NCBI GenBank assembly: GCA_963735805.1
Contig: CAVTMK010000002.1
Span: 928,001-992,000, forward strand
Direction: 5' to 3'
DNA length: 64,000 bases
Source: an uncultured Verrucomicrobiae bacterium
GTDB taxonomy: Bacteria > Verrucomicrobiota > Verrucomicrobiia > Chthoniobacterales > UBA10450
Positions 10,715-20,560 of this stretch are shown piece by piece. A program made the translations under genes and the position numbers. The notes under the pieces are model-generated. The model was not told the DNA's origin. It saw nothing but the letters and a program-made list of their open reading frames with translations, and searched no databases. Positions within the stretch are counted from its first letter, which is position 1. Each line of letters opens with the position of its first letter.

Positions 10715-11464
10715 ATGAAAGATTTTCGGCAAATGAAACAACGGGGTGAAAAAATCACCGCGTTGACGGCTTACGATTATCCGACTGCGCGTCTACTCGA
10801 CGAGAGCGGCATCGATATCATCCTGGTGGGTGACTCGTTAGGCATGGTCGTGCTCGGTTGGCAGGATACGACCAGTGTGACACTGGAACAGATGCTGCAT
10901 CACACGCGCGCCGCGGCACGCGGGGTTAAGCAGGCGTTGCTGGTGGCAGACATGCCGATCCACACCTACGACACTGCTGAACAAGCTGTGGAGACAGCCA
11001 GGAAATTTGTCGATGTCGGCGCGCAGGCCGTGAAACTCGAGGGGGGTACGAGCCATGTGAAACAAATCGAGGCGATCACACAGGCGGGCATTCCGTTCAT
11101 GGCGCACATCGGCATGCTGCCCCAAAGCGTGCGCGAGGAAGGCGGTTACAGGATTAAAGGCCGTAATCAATCTGAAGCAAAAGCGCTGCTGGCTGACGCG
11201 CGTGCCGTGGAGAAGGCCGGCGCATTTTCTGTCGTGCTGGAAATTGTGGTCGCAGATATTGCAAGACAAATCACGAGAGCGATCGGCATCCCAACTATAG
11301 GTATCGGATCCGGCAAGCATTGTGACGGGCAAATCCTGGTCACGCACGATTTGATCGGACTCTTTCCGTGGTTCACACCGAAGTTTGTTTCTCCAGAGGC
11401 ACGTGTGGCGGACGAAATCCGGCGTGCCACGAGAGCGTTTATCGAGCAAACGCGAAACAGCTGA
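10715..11464 (+). CDS. panB: 3-methyl-2-oxobutanoate hydroxymethyltransferase
   Basis: LTAYDY, LVGDSLGMV, AVKLEGG, IGIGSG..CDGQILV. Confidence 0.97.
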   Translation: MKDFRQMKQRGEKITALTAYDYPTARLLDESGIDIILVGDSLGMVVLGWQDTTSVTLEQMLHHTRAAARGVKQALLVADMPIHTYDTAEQAVETARKFVDVGAQAVKLEGGTSHVKQIEAITQAGIPFMAHIGMLPQSVREEGGYRIKGRNQSEAKALLADARAVEKAGAFSVVLEIVVADIARQITRAIGIPTIGIGSGKHCDGQILVTHDLIGLFPWFTPKFVSPEARVADEIRRATRAFIEQTRNS

Positions 11465-11615
11465 GAAAAAAATCGAAACGCTAATAAGAGTTACAAAGTT
11501 AAAAGAAGTTCATGGAGGGCCAGACGGTGGAACTTTTTAACGCCCGTTCCTTTGCGGATTTTGGGCATTCGTGCTTCGTCAATCCAGATGTGATATGTTC
11601 CGAGGGAGACAAGCA

Positions 11616-12665
11616 ATGAGAGTTTCCGATTTCGACGACTTTGACCGGCTTGAGACCGAAGGACTGCTCTCGGGCAGTAAAGAGCGCAGCTGGCTTTGGT
11701 TGGGATTGATCGTTTCACTGGGATTGCACCTCGCGCTCTGTGCTTATTTCTACCGGACACGTTTCCAATCGATCGAAACCCTGGTTGCACAAAATGAGCA
11801 GACGCCAACCTTCAAGGTCAGAAGCATCAACGCCTCGGATCTTGGCAAGAGCAGTGTCGATCAGACAAATCCAGCCGCCAAACCGAACCCCGACAACACC
11901 GATGTGCAGTTGCCGGACGAAAAGAAATCGTTCGACAAAATATTGCAGGATATTCAAGCCAGCGCGGCTCTTCCGGACGAGATGCGGGACGTTTTGCCGG
12001 ATCAACCCAAGGTTGACCAGCCGGAAGTAAATTCTGTTCTTAGTGAAATTGAGCGCTCGACTGCACAGAGTCTTGCTAGCGATCCAAACGCGCTGCAGCA
12101 GCAATCGCTGCTCAATAATAGTTCGCAATCAGGTCGCCCACAGCCGGCGCTCAGCGGAACGGAGCTCGCCACGAGTACGACGATCAAGCGCCCTAACACC
12201 TTTACCAGCAAGATGCCCGGTGACAGCGCCGGACCCATCAAAGGACACACTGCGGGCTTCAGCGATTTGGATCAGTTGCTCGCGCAAAAAGGACCGCTGG
12301 GATCGGGCACCAAATTGCGGTTACCGGACGATCAGCTGTTCGAATATGACAGCGATGTCCTGCAAGCAAGCGCCATCAGTCAGCTGCAAAAGCTGGGCAC
12401 TCTTATCCAACGCAACCCGAAAGCGACATTTTCCGTGGAAGGTTACACGGATTCATTCGGCACATTCGAATACAATCTCGACCTCAGCCAGCGCCGTGCC
12501 GACAGCGTGAAGCGTTATTTGGTGGAGGCAATGCGGATTAATCCTGCACAGATCGAGACACACGGTTACGGCGCAACAAAATTCCGAGCGCCGCCGAACG
12601 GCTCAATTGAAGGGCAAAGTCCCAATCGCCGCGTAGAGGTTGTAGTGCGTACGAGCGAGGGGTGA
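11616..12665 (+). CDS. Single-pass membrane protein with long low-complexity linker and C-terminal OmpA/MotB-like peptidoglycan-binding domain
   Basis: TM WLWLGLIVSLGLHLALCAYF; C-terminal LFEYDS..EGYTDSFG..NLDLSQRRADSV..GYG..NRRVEV. Confidence 0.88.
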   Translation: MRVSDFDDFDRLETEGLLSGSKERSWLWLGLIVSLGLHLALCAYFYRTRFQSIETLVAQNEQTPTFKVRSINASDLGKSSVDQTNPAAKPNPDNTDVQLPDEKKSFDKILQDIQASAALPDEMRDVLPDQPKVDQPEVNSVLSEIERSTAQSLASDPNALQQQSLLNNSSQSGRPQPALSGTELATSTTIKRPNTFTSKMPGDSAGPIKGHTAGFSDLDQLLAQKGPLGSGTKLRLPDDQLFEYDSDVLQASAISQLQKLGTLIQRNPKATFSVEGYTDSFGTFEYNLDLSQRRADSVKRYLVEAMRINPAQIETHGYGATKFRAPPNGSIEGQSPNRRVEVVVRTSEG

Positions 12666-12691
12666 GGGGTGAGGGGTGAGGGGAATTGGGG
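12657..12691 (+). repeat. Heptamer tandem repeat (GAGGGGT)x3 + GAGGGGAATTGGGG; G-quadruplex-compatible
   Basis: Five GGGG tracts with 3-4 nt loops, spanning the OmpA-protein stop codon. Confidence 0.8.
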
Positions 12692-12767
12692 AATCCACCT
12701 TCGCTAAAAGGACAGGTCCCGGATTTAGAATTGCGGACCTCTTGTCGCGGCACTCTATACGGGCCGG

Positions 12768-12841
12768 TGTAGCCACGGCGCTGTGCCGCCGTGTCCGATA
12801 ATGACGTTGCGCGAGCGCCTCGACACAGCGAGGCGGCTACA
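12768..12841. repeat. GTAG-type REP doublet between convergent genes
   Basis: TGTAGCC...GGCTACA ends enclose two hairpins (ACGGCG/CGCCGT and CGCCTCG/CGAGGCG). Confidence 0.8.
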
Positions 12842-12846
12842 ACCTC

Positions 12847-13509
12847 TTACCAGTTTTTGATCCATTGTGGAGTGATCGTGTCAGGGTTGGGAGGGTTGCT
12901 AGTTAGTCCTGACGTACTCCAAAGGTCGAAGGTTGGGTTGTAACCCGGAGCGCCACCTGGGGTGGCGGCTTGGGCAGTCGAATATCCGTAGCTATTCCCG
13001 AAGGGGTCGGCGATTGCAGTGACGGTACCGGTACCGCCAGAAGGTAGAAGCATTTTCGGCTTGAATTCCATATAGCTCTTAGCAGTTGGGCTCCGATTTG
13101 CACTGCTATCGCCGCTCAACTTCACGTACAACCAAAGGCTAGCCTGAGTGTAAGCAGTTGTGCCCGGATTTCCGTTAGTTTTGGGATCGAGGGTATTTGT
13201 GTCGGCGTTATTCGGATAAACTCCGTTATCCGCCTTGTAATTTTCGCAGGCAGCCGACATGGCAGCGATTTCTGTTTCGGCGCGGGACCGCGCAGCTTTC
13301 TTTTGGGCGTAACCAACGGTGCTCAGAACCAAACCCACGAGGATGCCGATGACGGCGATGACAACGATCAACTCGATCAGAGTGAAGGCCCCGCCGGCTG
13401 AAAATGACGAATGACGTCGCCGCGTTGAATCGTTGAATCGTTGAATCGTTGAATCGCAAATCCGATTTAACCGGTTAACGATGTAACGAATCAGGGGGTT
13501 CTGCGACAT
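12847..13509 (-). CDS. Type IV pilin / GspG-like pseudopilin with long leader (alternative GTG start at 13542)
   Basis: GA|FTLIELIVVIAVIGILVGLVL N-methylation motif with E+5; YKADNGVYP; DPFGNSYGY; FDLWS. Confidence 0.9.
   Translation of the reverse strand: MSQNPLIRYIVNRLNRICDSTIQRFNDSTRRRHSSFSAGGAFTLIELIVVIAVIGILVGLVLSTVGYAQKKAARSRAETEIAAMSAACENYKADNGVYPNNADTNTLDPKTNGNPGTTAYTQASLWLYVKLSGDSSANRSPTAKSYMEFKPKMLLPSGGTGTVTAIADPFGNSYGYSTAQAATPGGAPGYNPTFDLWSTSGLTSNPPNPDTITPQWIKNW
13423..13456 (-). repeat. Perfect octamer tandem repeat (CGATTCAA)x4 in the prepilin leader
   Basis: Plus strand reads CGTTGAAT x4 + CG. Confidence 0.9.
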
Positions 13510-13538
13510 TCGGAGTTTGTCATTCCCGGCCCAGCGGA

Positions 13539-14828
13539 TCACGTCTGCTGTTGCAGACCGCTGATGATACTGATGAGCGGGGTGAAAAGGGCGAGGACGA
13601 TCGTACCGACAATCACCGCCAGAAACACGATCATGATGGGCTCAAGCATCGACGTGAGCGCGGCGACGGCGTTATCAACCTCGTCATCATAAACATCGGC
13701 AATCTTCAGCAACATTTCCGGGAGTTTACCAGTTTCTTCGCCGACATCGATCATGCTGATCACCATCGGCGGAAAAGAGCGACTGGCTTCCAGCGGTTGA
13801 ACGATCGATTCGCCTTCCTTTACGCTGTCGTGCACCTGTGAGATGGCAGCCGCAATGGCTGCGTTCCCGGCGGTTTCGCGGGTAATACTTAGCGCCTGCA
13901 AAATCGGTACACCGCTCGTCACCAGCGTTCCGAGTGTGCGCGCAAACCGCGAGATCGCCGTTTTGCGATTCAAATCGCCGAACAGCGGCATCCGCAGCTT
14001 AAAATTATCAATCACGAACCGCCCACCGCGTGTCCGGCCGATGAACTTGTAGGCGGCTACTACTGCGATTACGGCCCCGATCAGAACAAGACCATGATTT
14101 TTTACCAGGTTACTAGCTGCGATAACAAAAGTGGTGATCGCCGGCAGCGGTTTATTTCCAAGCATGTCGTGGAAAATCGCTTCGAACTTCGGCACAATGA
14201 ACACGAGAAGAAAACCCATGATGGCTACCGCCATGGTCATCACGATCATCGGATAGACCATTGCTGCGACAACTTTGTTTTTTATCTTCGCCGCCTTTTC
14301 CTGAAATTCGGAAAGCCGGCTAAGCACCAATTCCATTACGCCGCCAACCTCGCCGGCTTTGACCATGTTGACGTATAAATCGTTAAAGATTCGCGGATGC
14401 AGCGCCAGCGCGTCCGAAAATGTGTTACCGCTCTGAACGGAGTCGGCGAGCTTGTTGATTGTGTTCTTCAACACCTTGTCGCGCTCCTGTTTCGCCAGAA
14501 CGGTCAGGCTTCGTAACAATGGCAGTCCGGAATCGATCAAGGTCGCGAGTTGACGCGTGAAAATCATCAGGATTTTGGGCTTAATTTTCGTGCGCTGGAA
14601 GAGAACGATGCTGGTTTTGGCACGCGGCTTCACTGCACGCGCTATCTTCGCCGCACGACGGCGACTTGCTTTGCCGTCAGTAGCGCTTATCGCTTCCTCG
14701 TAGACGCTGGTAGGGAAATACCCTGCCTGGCGCAGTCGCCCAATTGCGTCATTGGTTGAAGAGGCTTCAACTAATCCGGTTGCTTCCTGTCCCCGAGCAT
14801 CCAGAGCTACGTAGTTGTAACGTGGCAT
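13539..14828 (-). CDS. pilC: Type IV pilus / T2SS inner-membrane platform protein PilC/GspF
   Basis: FTRQLATLIDSGLPL, MVKAGEVGG, VGEETGKL, MLEPIMI. Confidence 0.93.
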   Translation of the reverse strand: MPRYNYVALDARGQEATGLVEASSTNDAIGRLRQAGYFPTSVYEEAISATDGKASRRRAAKIARAVKPRAKTSIVLFQRTKIKPKILMIFTRQLATLIDSGLPLLRSLTVLAKQERDKVLKNTINKLADSVQSGNTFSDALALHPRIFNDLYVNMVKAGEVGGVMELVLSRLSEFQEKAAKIKNKVVAAMVYPMIVMTMAVAIMGFLLVFIVPKFEAIFHDMLGNKPLPAITTFVIAASNLVKNHGLVLIGAVIAVVAAYKFIGRTRGGRFVIDNFKLRMPLFGDLNRKTAISRFARTLGTLVTSGVPILQALSITRETAGNAAIAAAISQVHDSVKEGESIVQPLEASRSFPPMVISMIDVGEETGKLPEMLLKIADVYDDEVDNAVAALTSMLEPIMIVFLAVIVGTIVLALFTPLISIISGLQQQT

Positions 14829-14927
14829 GACGAAGTTAACGATTTCATGAGTTAGCGATTAGACCAAAGCCGCCTCTCTTAGTCCATTTCAATCGACAAA
14901 TCACTAACCCGGCGAATCATAGATTCG

Positions 14928-16625
14928 TCATGTATATCTCAGCACTTCCTCGACGGTGGTGTCTCCGGCGAAGATGCTGCGCAAGCCATCCTGGCGCAAT
15001 GTTACCATTCCAAGCTCCACAGCCTTTTGCTTTAAGCTAACCGTTGGCGCGCGCTCATTAATCAATTCGCGAATCGGGTCGGTGATTCTCAGAAGTTCGT
15101 AGATTCCTTTTCGTCCCTTGTAACCAGTGTTGTTACAGGCGTCGCAGCCCTTGCCGTAAAAGAATTGTTTGTCGCCGATGTCCTGCCGGGAGATCCCCAG
15201 ATCAGCCAGTAAGGTCTCGCTCGGCTTGTAAGTTGCGCGGCACTGCCGGCAGATGCTGCGTAGTAGACGCTGACCGAGCACAGCTTCCAATGTCGACGAA
15301 ATCAGAAATGGTTCCACACCCATATCGATCAGGCGCGTGATTGCTCCGGAGGCGTCGTTGGTATGTAGGGTAGTGAAAACAAGGTGCCCCGTCAGAGACG
15401 CCTGAATGGAAATCTGCGCAGTCTCGAGGTCGCGTGTTTCACCCACCATGATGCGATCCGGGTCCTGGCGCAGAAAGGATCGTAGAACGCGAGCGAATGT
15501 CAGGCCGATCGCCTCATTCACCGGCACTTGCACGATCCCTTCCAGATCGTACTCCACCGGCTCCTCCGCGGTAAGAAGCTTCGAGTCAATCGTATTGATC
15601 TTCCGCAGACAGGAATAAAGCGTCGTTGTCTTTCCGGAGCCAGTTGGTCCGGTCGCAATGAAGATGCCATTAGGACGCTCAATCATCTCCAGAAGAAAAT
15701 TATAAATGTAATCGGGCATTCCGAGCGCTTCGAGGTCCAGATTTACGATGGTCCGATCGAGGACCCGCAGAACGAGGCTCTCGCCGAATTGAGTTGGCAA
15801 GGTTGAAACCCGAAGATCGACATTGCGTCCGGCGATGTGCTTCTGAATGCGGCCATCCTGAGGCAAACGTCTTTCTGCGATATTCATGTTGGCCATCACT
15901 TTCACCCGGGAGATCACAGGCAGGGCGAGATGACGCGGCGGCGGCGACATTTCGTAGAGCGCGCCATCAACGCGATAACGGATTTTGAATTCATCTTCGA
16001 ACGGCTCAAAATGAATGTCACTGGCGCGGTCTTGGATCGCCTGGTAAAGGATGAGATCGACAAAGCGAATGATGGGAGTCGCGTTTGCTTCGGCTTCCAC
16101 TGCTGCCTCGCCATCTTCCTCGACTCGGGCTGCAATGGAGAGCGCCTCGCCAGCTTCGCCGAGCTGCTTGAGAACGTCCTCCATGCTAGTGGTATCGCTG
16201 CCATAATATTGCTTAATCAGGTCTTCGATTTGATCCGGCGGTGAAACGACGACGTGAATATCTTTACCGAGCGCAAAGCGAAGGTCCTCCGCGGCGTGAA
16301 GATCAAACGGATCAACGAGCGCGACTCGCAATGTGGTTCCGCTGATTTCAACTGGAAAAGCGCCATGCAACCGAGCCAGGCCACTGGGAATGAGACGCAA
16401 AATCTCCGGACGGATATCGCGCTCGGCCAGGCCGACAAGGTCCGTGCCCAGGCCGTTGGCAATTGTCTGGTAAAATCCCTGATGGTCGATAAATCCGCCA
16501 TCGATCATCGCCTGAGCGACTGTCTTTCCGTTCAACTCTACCTCGTCCAGGACGTCTTCTGCCTGCGAAGGCTGGAGCACGCCGTGCTCGACAAAAAATT
16601 CGGCAACCTGTTTCTCCCTCATCAA
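14928..16625 (-). CDS. pilB: PilB/GspE family assembly ATPase (copy 2)
   Basis: [46 protein letters not shown], tetra-Cys motif. Confidence 0.93.
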   Translation of the reverse strand: MMREKQVAEFFVEHGVLQPSQAEDVLDEVELNGKTVAQAMIDGGFIDHQGFYQTIANGLGTDLVGLAERDIRPEILRLIPSGLARLHGAFPVEISGTTLRVALVDPFDLHAAEDLRFALGKDIHVVVSPPDQIEDLIKQYYGSDTTSMEDVLKQLGEAGEALSIAARVEEDGEAAVEAEANATPIIRFVDLILYQAIQDRASDIHFEPFEDEFKIRYRVDGALYEMSPPPRHLALPVISRVKVMANMNIAERRLPQDGRIQKHIAGRNVDLRVSTLPTQFGESLVLRVLDRTIVNLDLEALGMPDYIYNFLLEMIERPNGIFIATGPTGSGKTTTLYSCLRKINTIDSKLLTAEEPVEYDLEGIVQVPVNEAIGLTFARVLRSFLRQDPDRIMVGETRDLETAQISIQASLTGHLVFTTLHTNDASGAITRLIDMGVEPFLISSTLEAVLGQRLLRSICRQCRATYKPSETLLADLGISRQDIGDKQFFYGKGCDACNNTGYKGRKGIYELLRITDPIRELINERAPTVSLKQKAVELGMVTLRQDGLRSIFAGDTTVEEVLRYT

Positions 16626-18325
16626 CTCGCGTCTCCCACCGTAATGGAGATTATTTCTTCGGCAGAAGTGAGCCCTGCCAGCACCTTGCGAACGCCGTCC
16701 TCGCGGAGCGTGCGCATGCCAAGTTCACGCGCTCGCTGTCGCAACAACAAAGTCGGGCTGCGTTTGTTGATCATGTGACGAACGTCGTCGTCGATCGCAA
16801 AAATTTCGAAGATGCCCATTCGACCCTTGTAACCGATTTGTCGGCATCGATCGCATCCTACCGGCTTCATTACCTGCGCCTCGGAAAGCTGACCCGACTC
16901 GATTCGCAATGCGCGCAATTCGGTCTCACTAAGTTCTCCTGGTTGTTTGCAATGCGGGCACAATCGGCGGACCAGCCGTTGCGCCATAATCGCTCGTACG
17001 GAGGAAGCAACAAGAAAAGGCTGAACACCGAGATCGACTAAACGAGGAACGGCTGAAGGTGCGTCATTAGTGTGCAGCGTACTGAACACAAGGTGTCCGG
17101 TCAGACTAGCGTTCGTTGCAATGCTAGCAGTCTCGAGATCTCGAATTTCACCAATCATAATGATGTTTGGCGCCTGGCGCAGGATGGAACGCAACGCGGC
17201 CGGAAAAGTCATGCCAATCTCCGTGTTCACCTGCACCTGGTTGATGCCAGTCATTTGATATTCGATCGGCTCTTCTACGGTGATAATCTTACGATCTGGT
17301 TTGTTGATGTAATTGAGACAGGCATACAGCGTGGTCGTCTTGCCGGAGCCGGTGGGACCAGTGACGAGTAGAATGCCGTCCGGCAGTTTGATCAGTCGTT
17401 CGAAGATTTCCTGGTCATCTGAAAGAAAACCAAGCTCGGGTAAGCCGAGCTTTAAACTGGACTTATCCAACAGGCGCATTACCACGCTCTCGCCATGATT
17501 TGTGGGAATCGTTGAGACCCGAAGGTCGAGTGGCTTCTTTTTGATTTTTACCTGGATGCGACCGTCTTGTGGCAGGCGTTTTTCTGCGATGCTCATCGAA
17601 CCGGTCATGATTTTGAGCCGGCTGATGATGGCTGATTGCAAACGTTTGGGTGGCGCCTGCATTTCCTGCAATACGCCGTCGACCCTGAAACGAACGCGAA
17701 ACTTCTTGTCCAGCGGCTCAAGATGAATATCGCTCGCCCCAGCGCGATGCGCCTCGATCAGTAGCATCGAGACTAACCGGATAATTGGCGCGTCGGCTTC
17801 ATCAACCACGGTTCCCTCCGAGCCGTCACCAATTTCCAGTCCGAGATCGATGTCTTCGCCGATTTTCTTCTGCAGAACATCGGCCGCTTCGTCGGCCGTC
17901 CCGTAGTACTTGATCAGCGCGTCGCGAATTTTCTGGGGGCTGGTGCACACCAGTTCCAGTTCGCGTTGGAGGAGAAAACTCAAACTGTCGATCGTATCGA
18001 TATCGAGCGGATTACCGACCGCCACTACCAGACCGGTCTCGCCAAAAGCCGCTGGGATCACTTTGAAACGGCGCGCATCTTCTCCTCGGATTTGATTGAT
18101 GATTTGTGGCGGAATTACCATGGACGAGATATCGATCCAATCCATGTGCGCTTGTGCTGCCAGCGTGCGCGAGACGTCGACATCGGAGATAACTCCGTCA
18201 TTGGTCAAGATGTCGACAATACCGGGCTCGCCGTTTAAAACTGACCGCGCGCTGTCGATCTGTTGACGTGTGATGAGTCCGCTGTCCTCGAGGACTTTCA
18301 GTACGTACTCTTCGTTGTGTTGCAC
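16622..18325 (-). CDS. pilB: PilB/GspE family assembly ATPase (copy 1)
   Basis: [47 protein letters not shown]. Confidence 0.93.
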   Translation of the reverse strand: MQHNEEYVLKVLEDSGLITRQQIDSARSVLNGEPGIVDILTNDGVISDVDVSRTLAAQAHMDWIDISSMVIPPQIINQIRGEDARRFKVIPAAFGETGLVVAVGNPLDIDTIDSLSFLLQRELELVCTSPQKIRDALIKYYGTADEAADVLQKKIGEDIDLGLEIGDGSEGTVVDEADAPIIRLVSMLLIEAHRAGASDIHLEPLDKKFRVRFRVDGVLQEMQAPPKRLQSAIISRLKIMTGSMSIAEKRLPQDGRIQVKIKKKPLDLRVSTIPTNHGESVVMRLLDKSSLKLGLPELGFLSDDQEIFERLIKLPDGILLVTGPTGSGKTTTLYACLNYINKPDRKIITVEEPIEYQMTGINQVQVNTEIGMTFPAALRSILRQAPNIIMIGEIRDLETASIATNASLTGHLVFSTLHTNDAPSAVPRLVDLGVQPFLVASSVRAIMAQRLVRRLCPHCKQPGELSETELRALRIESGQLSEAQVMKPVGCDRCRQIGYKGRMGIFEIFAIDDDVRHMINKRSPTLLLRQRARELGMRTLREDGVRKVLAGLTSAEEIISITVGDAS

Positions 18326-18425
18326 CGGAGGAAGGAGATGCCTGGGCGCGCAGTTTACCGCAAAACCGCTAAATTTCCAACGGACTAGATCGGTATCGAG
18401 GCTCGGCTCTCCCTCCCAGGGAATA

Positions 18426-20297
18426 TCATTCTACGGTAACGCTTTTTGCGAGATTGCGTGGTTTATCGACATCCCGGCCCAGTTCGACTGCGAGATGATA
18501 CGCGAGAAGCTGAAGCGGGACGACAGTCAGGATGGGCATTACGTACTCGGGCGCTTCCGGTAGGACGATGATATCGTTGGCGATCTCTTTTAGGTGCTTT
18601 GGACCGTCTCCGCTGGTTACGGCGATGACAGGTCCCTTGCGTGCCTTCACTTGCTCGATGTTGTTCAGGTTTTTAGAGAAAATGGAATCGTCCGGGGCAA
18701 TAAACACCGAGGGCAGATCCGGACGAACCAGCGCGATAATGCCATGCTTTAGCTCAGCGCTGGGATGCCCTTCAGCAAACAGGTAGGTAATCTCCTTCAT
18801 CTTGAGCGCCCCTTCGAGCGCCACGGGGAAGTTGAATTGTCGGCCAAAGAAAAGCATGCCGTGTGCGTTAGCATATTTTCTCGCGATTGCCTTAATCTGA
18901 TCGCTGAGATCCAAAACCGTTTCGATCTGGCCTGGTAACGCTTCGAGCGCCTCAATCACTCGGCTTCCATCGGTTGCAGAAAGGTTTCGCATCCGCCCAA
19001 AGAGCAGCCCGAGAAGCGTAAGAATGGCAAGTTGCGAGGTAAATGATTTGCTGGCAGCGACGCCGATTTCCGGCCCTGCGTGCATATAAACGCCCCCGTC
19101 GCTCTCGCGAGCGATAGTGCTCGCCACATTGTTGCAAATTCCGAGTGTGCGAAAACCTTTGCGCCGGCTTTCACGCAACGCACCGAGCGTATCTGCGGTT
19201 TCGCCGCTCTGGCTGATCGCAAACACCAGTGTCTCAGGAGTCATGGGTGTGTTGCGATGGCGGAACTCGCTCGCGTACTCCACTTCCGTCGGAATGCTGG
19301 CGAGTCGCTCGAGCAGATACTCACCGACTCCTGCCGCATGAAGCGCCGTGCCGCAACCGGTTAGCACGATACGGCCGACGTCGCGAAGCTCGGGAGGAGT
19401 CATATTCAAGCCACCCAGCTTTGCGGTGCATTCGTCCGGGTTGAGACGGCCGCGCATCGCGTCGCGCACTGTGTCGGGTTGCTCAAAGATTTCTTTGAGC
19501 ATGTAATGTGGATAATCCCCTTTGCCGATGTCTTCGGCGGTAAATTCAACCTTGCTGACCGGATGCTCGGTGCTGTCACCTGCGAGCGAGGTGATTTCGA
19601 ACTTGTCTCGCCCCGCGGCGACCACGTCGAAATCGTTCAGATAAATAGCATCACGGGTGTAGGCGACGATCGCGCTCACGTCGCTGGCCAGAAAGTTCTC
19701 GCCATTGCCTACGCCGAGCACGAGTGGGCTTCCCCGCCTCGCGCCGATCATGAAATCCGGGATATCGGCGTGGATCAGAGTGATACCATATGTGCCAATC
19801 ACCTGTCTCAGCGCCGCGCGAACCGCCGCCAGCAGCCGCTCCTTTTTTTCCGGGATATCGACCGTGCTGGCACACGATTCTTCGTACAGTTTTCCAATCA
19901 AATGCGCGAGTACTTCGGTATCGGTTTCGGAGGTAAAGTTTGAATCGCCGCTCCGGATTAGCTCATCTTTGAGCGTCTGATAATTTTCGATCACTCCGTT
20001 GTGCACCAGTGCCAGCTTGCCGCTGGCGTCAAAGTGCGGATGCGCGTTCTGGTCGGTGACTTTGCCGTGCGTTGCCCAGCGTGTGTGACTGATCCCAAGC
20101 GAGCCGGACACCGGTTCCTCTCTCATTAGCTTTGCCAGTACTCCGATGCGTCCGGCACGTTTACGTGTTTCCAGACGTCCTCCGTCGACGACAGCGATGC
20201 CGGCCGAGTCGTAGCCTCGATATTCAAGGCGACGCAACCCGTCGAGCAAAATGGGCGCTGCTTGCGCGCGCCCGACATAGCCAACTATCCCGCACAT
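18426..20297 (-). CDS. glmS: Glutamine--fructose-6-phosphate transaminase
   Basis: True start MCGIVGYVG at 20297; LEYRGYDSAG, HTRWATHG, SQSGETADT, PRNLAKSVTVE. Confidence 0.97.
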   Translation of the reverse strand: MCGIVGYVGRAQAAPILLDGLRRLEYRGYDSAGIAVVDGGRLETRKRAGRIGVLAKLMREEPVSGSLGISHTRWATHGKVTDQNAHPHFDASGKLALVHNGVIENYQTLKDELIRSGDSNFTSETDTEVLAHLIGKLYEESCASTVDIPEKKERLLAAVRAALRQVIGTYGITLIHADIPDFMIGARRGSPLVLGVGNGENFLASDVSAIVAYTRDAIYLNDFDVVAAGRDKFEITSLAGDSTEHPVSKVEFTAEDIGKGDYPHYMLKEIFEQPDTVRDAMRGRLNPDECTAKLGGLNMTPPELRDVGRIVLTGCGTALHAAGVGEYLLERLASIPTEVEYASEFRHRNTPMTPETLVFAISQSGETADTLGALRESRRKGFRTLGICNNVASTIARESDGGVYMHAGPEIGVAASKSFTSQLAILTLLGLLFGRMRNLSATDGSRVIEALEALPGQIETVLDLSDQIKAIARKYANAHGMLFFGRQFNFPVALEGALKMKEITYLFAEGHPSAELKHGIIALVRPDLPSVFIAPDDSIFSKNLNNIEQVKARKGPVIAVTSGDGPKHLKEIANDIIVLPEAPEYVMPILTVVPLQLLAYHLAVELGRDVDKPRNLAKSVTVE

Positions 20298-20386
20298 GTT
20301 GCGAGTGTAATGGCGGGCATCGGTGCTCGCAAGATTCGTTGAACCCGGGCAGCGTTCGATTGCCATCAGGGGCAATGGTTAAGCAC

Positions 20387-20504
20387 AAATGGCGAATGAC
20401 GAACGAACTCCGAGTCGCGGAAATGACGGAGAGGTATAACACACCGGTCTTCGTGCTTCAGATTTCGTCATTCTTCGGGCTTCGTCATTCGTTATTCGTC
20501 ATTT
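20387..20504. repeat. Inverted arrays of (AATGACG)/(CGTCATT) heptamers in the divergent glmS-glgC intergenic region
   Basis: Left AAATGGCGAATGACGAACG..AAATGACG; right TTCGTCATTC..TTCGTCATTCGTTATTCGTCATTT. Confidence 0.75.
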
Positions 20505-20560
20505 ATAAGGTGGTCGCAAGGTTATTGACCCCAAAAACGGTTCAAGATTGATTGATCTCA

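Noticed and set aside
13423..13456. CRISPR array at this or other short repeats
   Set aside because: These are 7-8 bp tandem units with no spacers, and there are no cas genes.
20298..20375. 26-aa N-terminal extension of GlmS given in the ORF track
   Set aside because: GlmS needs Cys at position 2, so the start is MCGIVG at 20297.
20298..20400. glmS ribozyme
   Set aside because: The core AGCGCC...GACGAGG motifs are not seen upstream of glmS.
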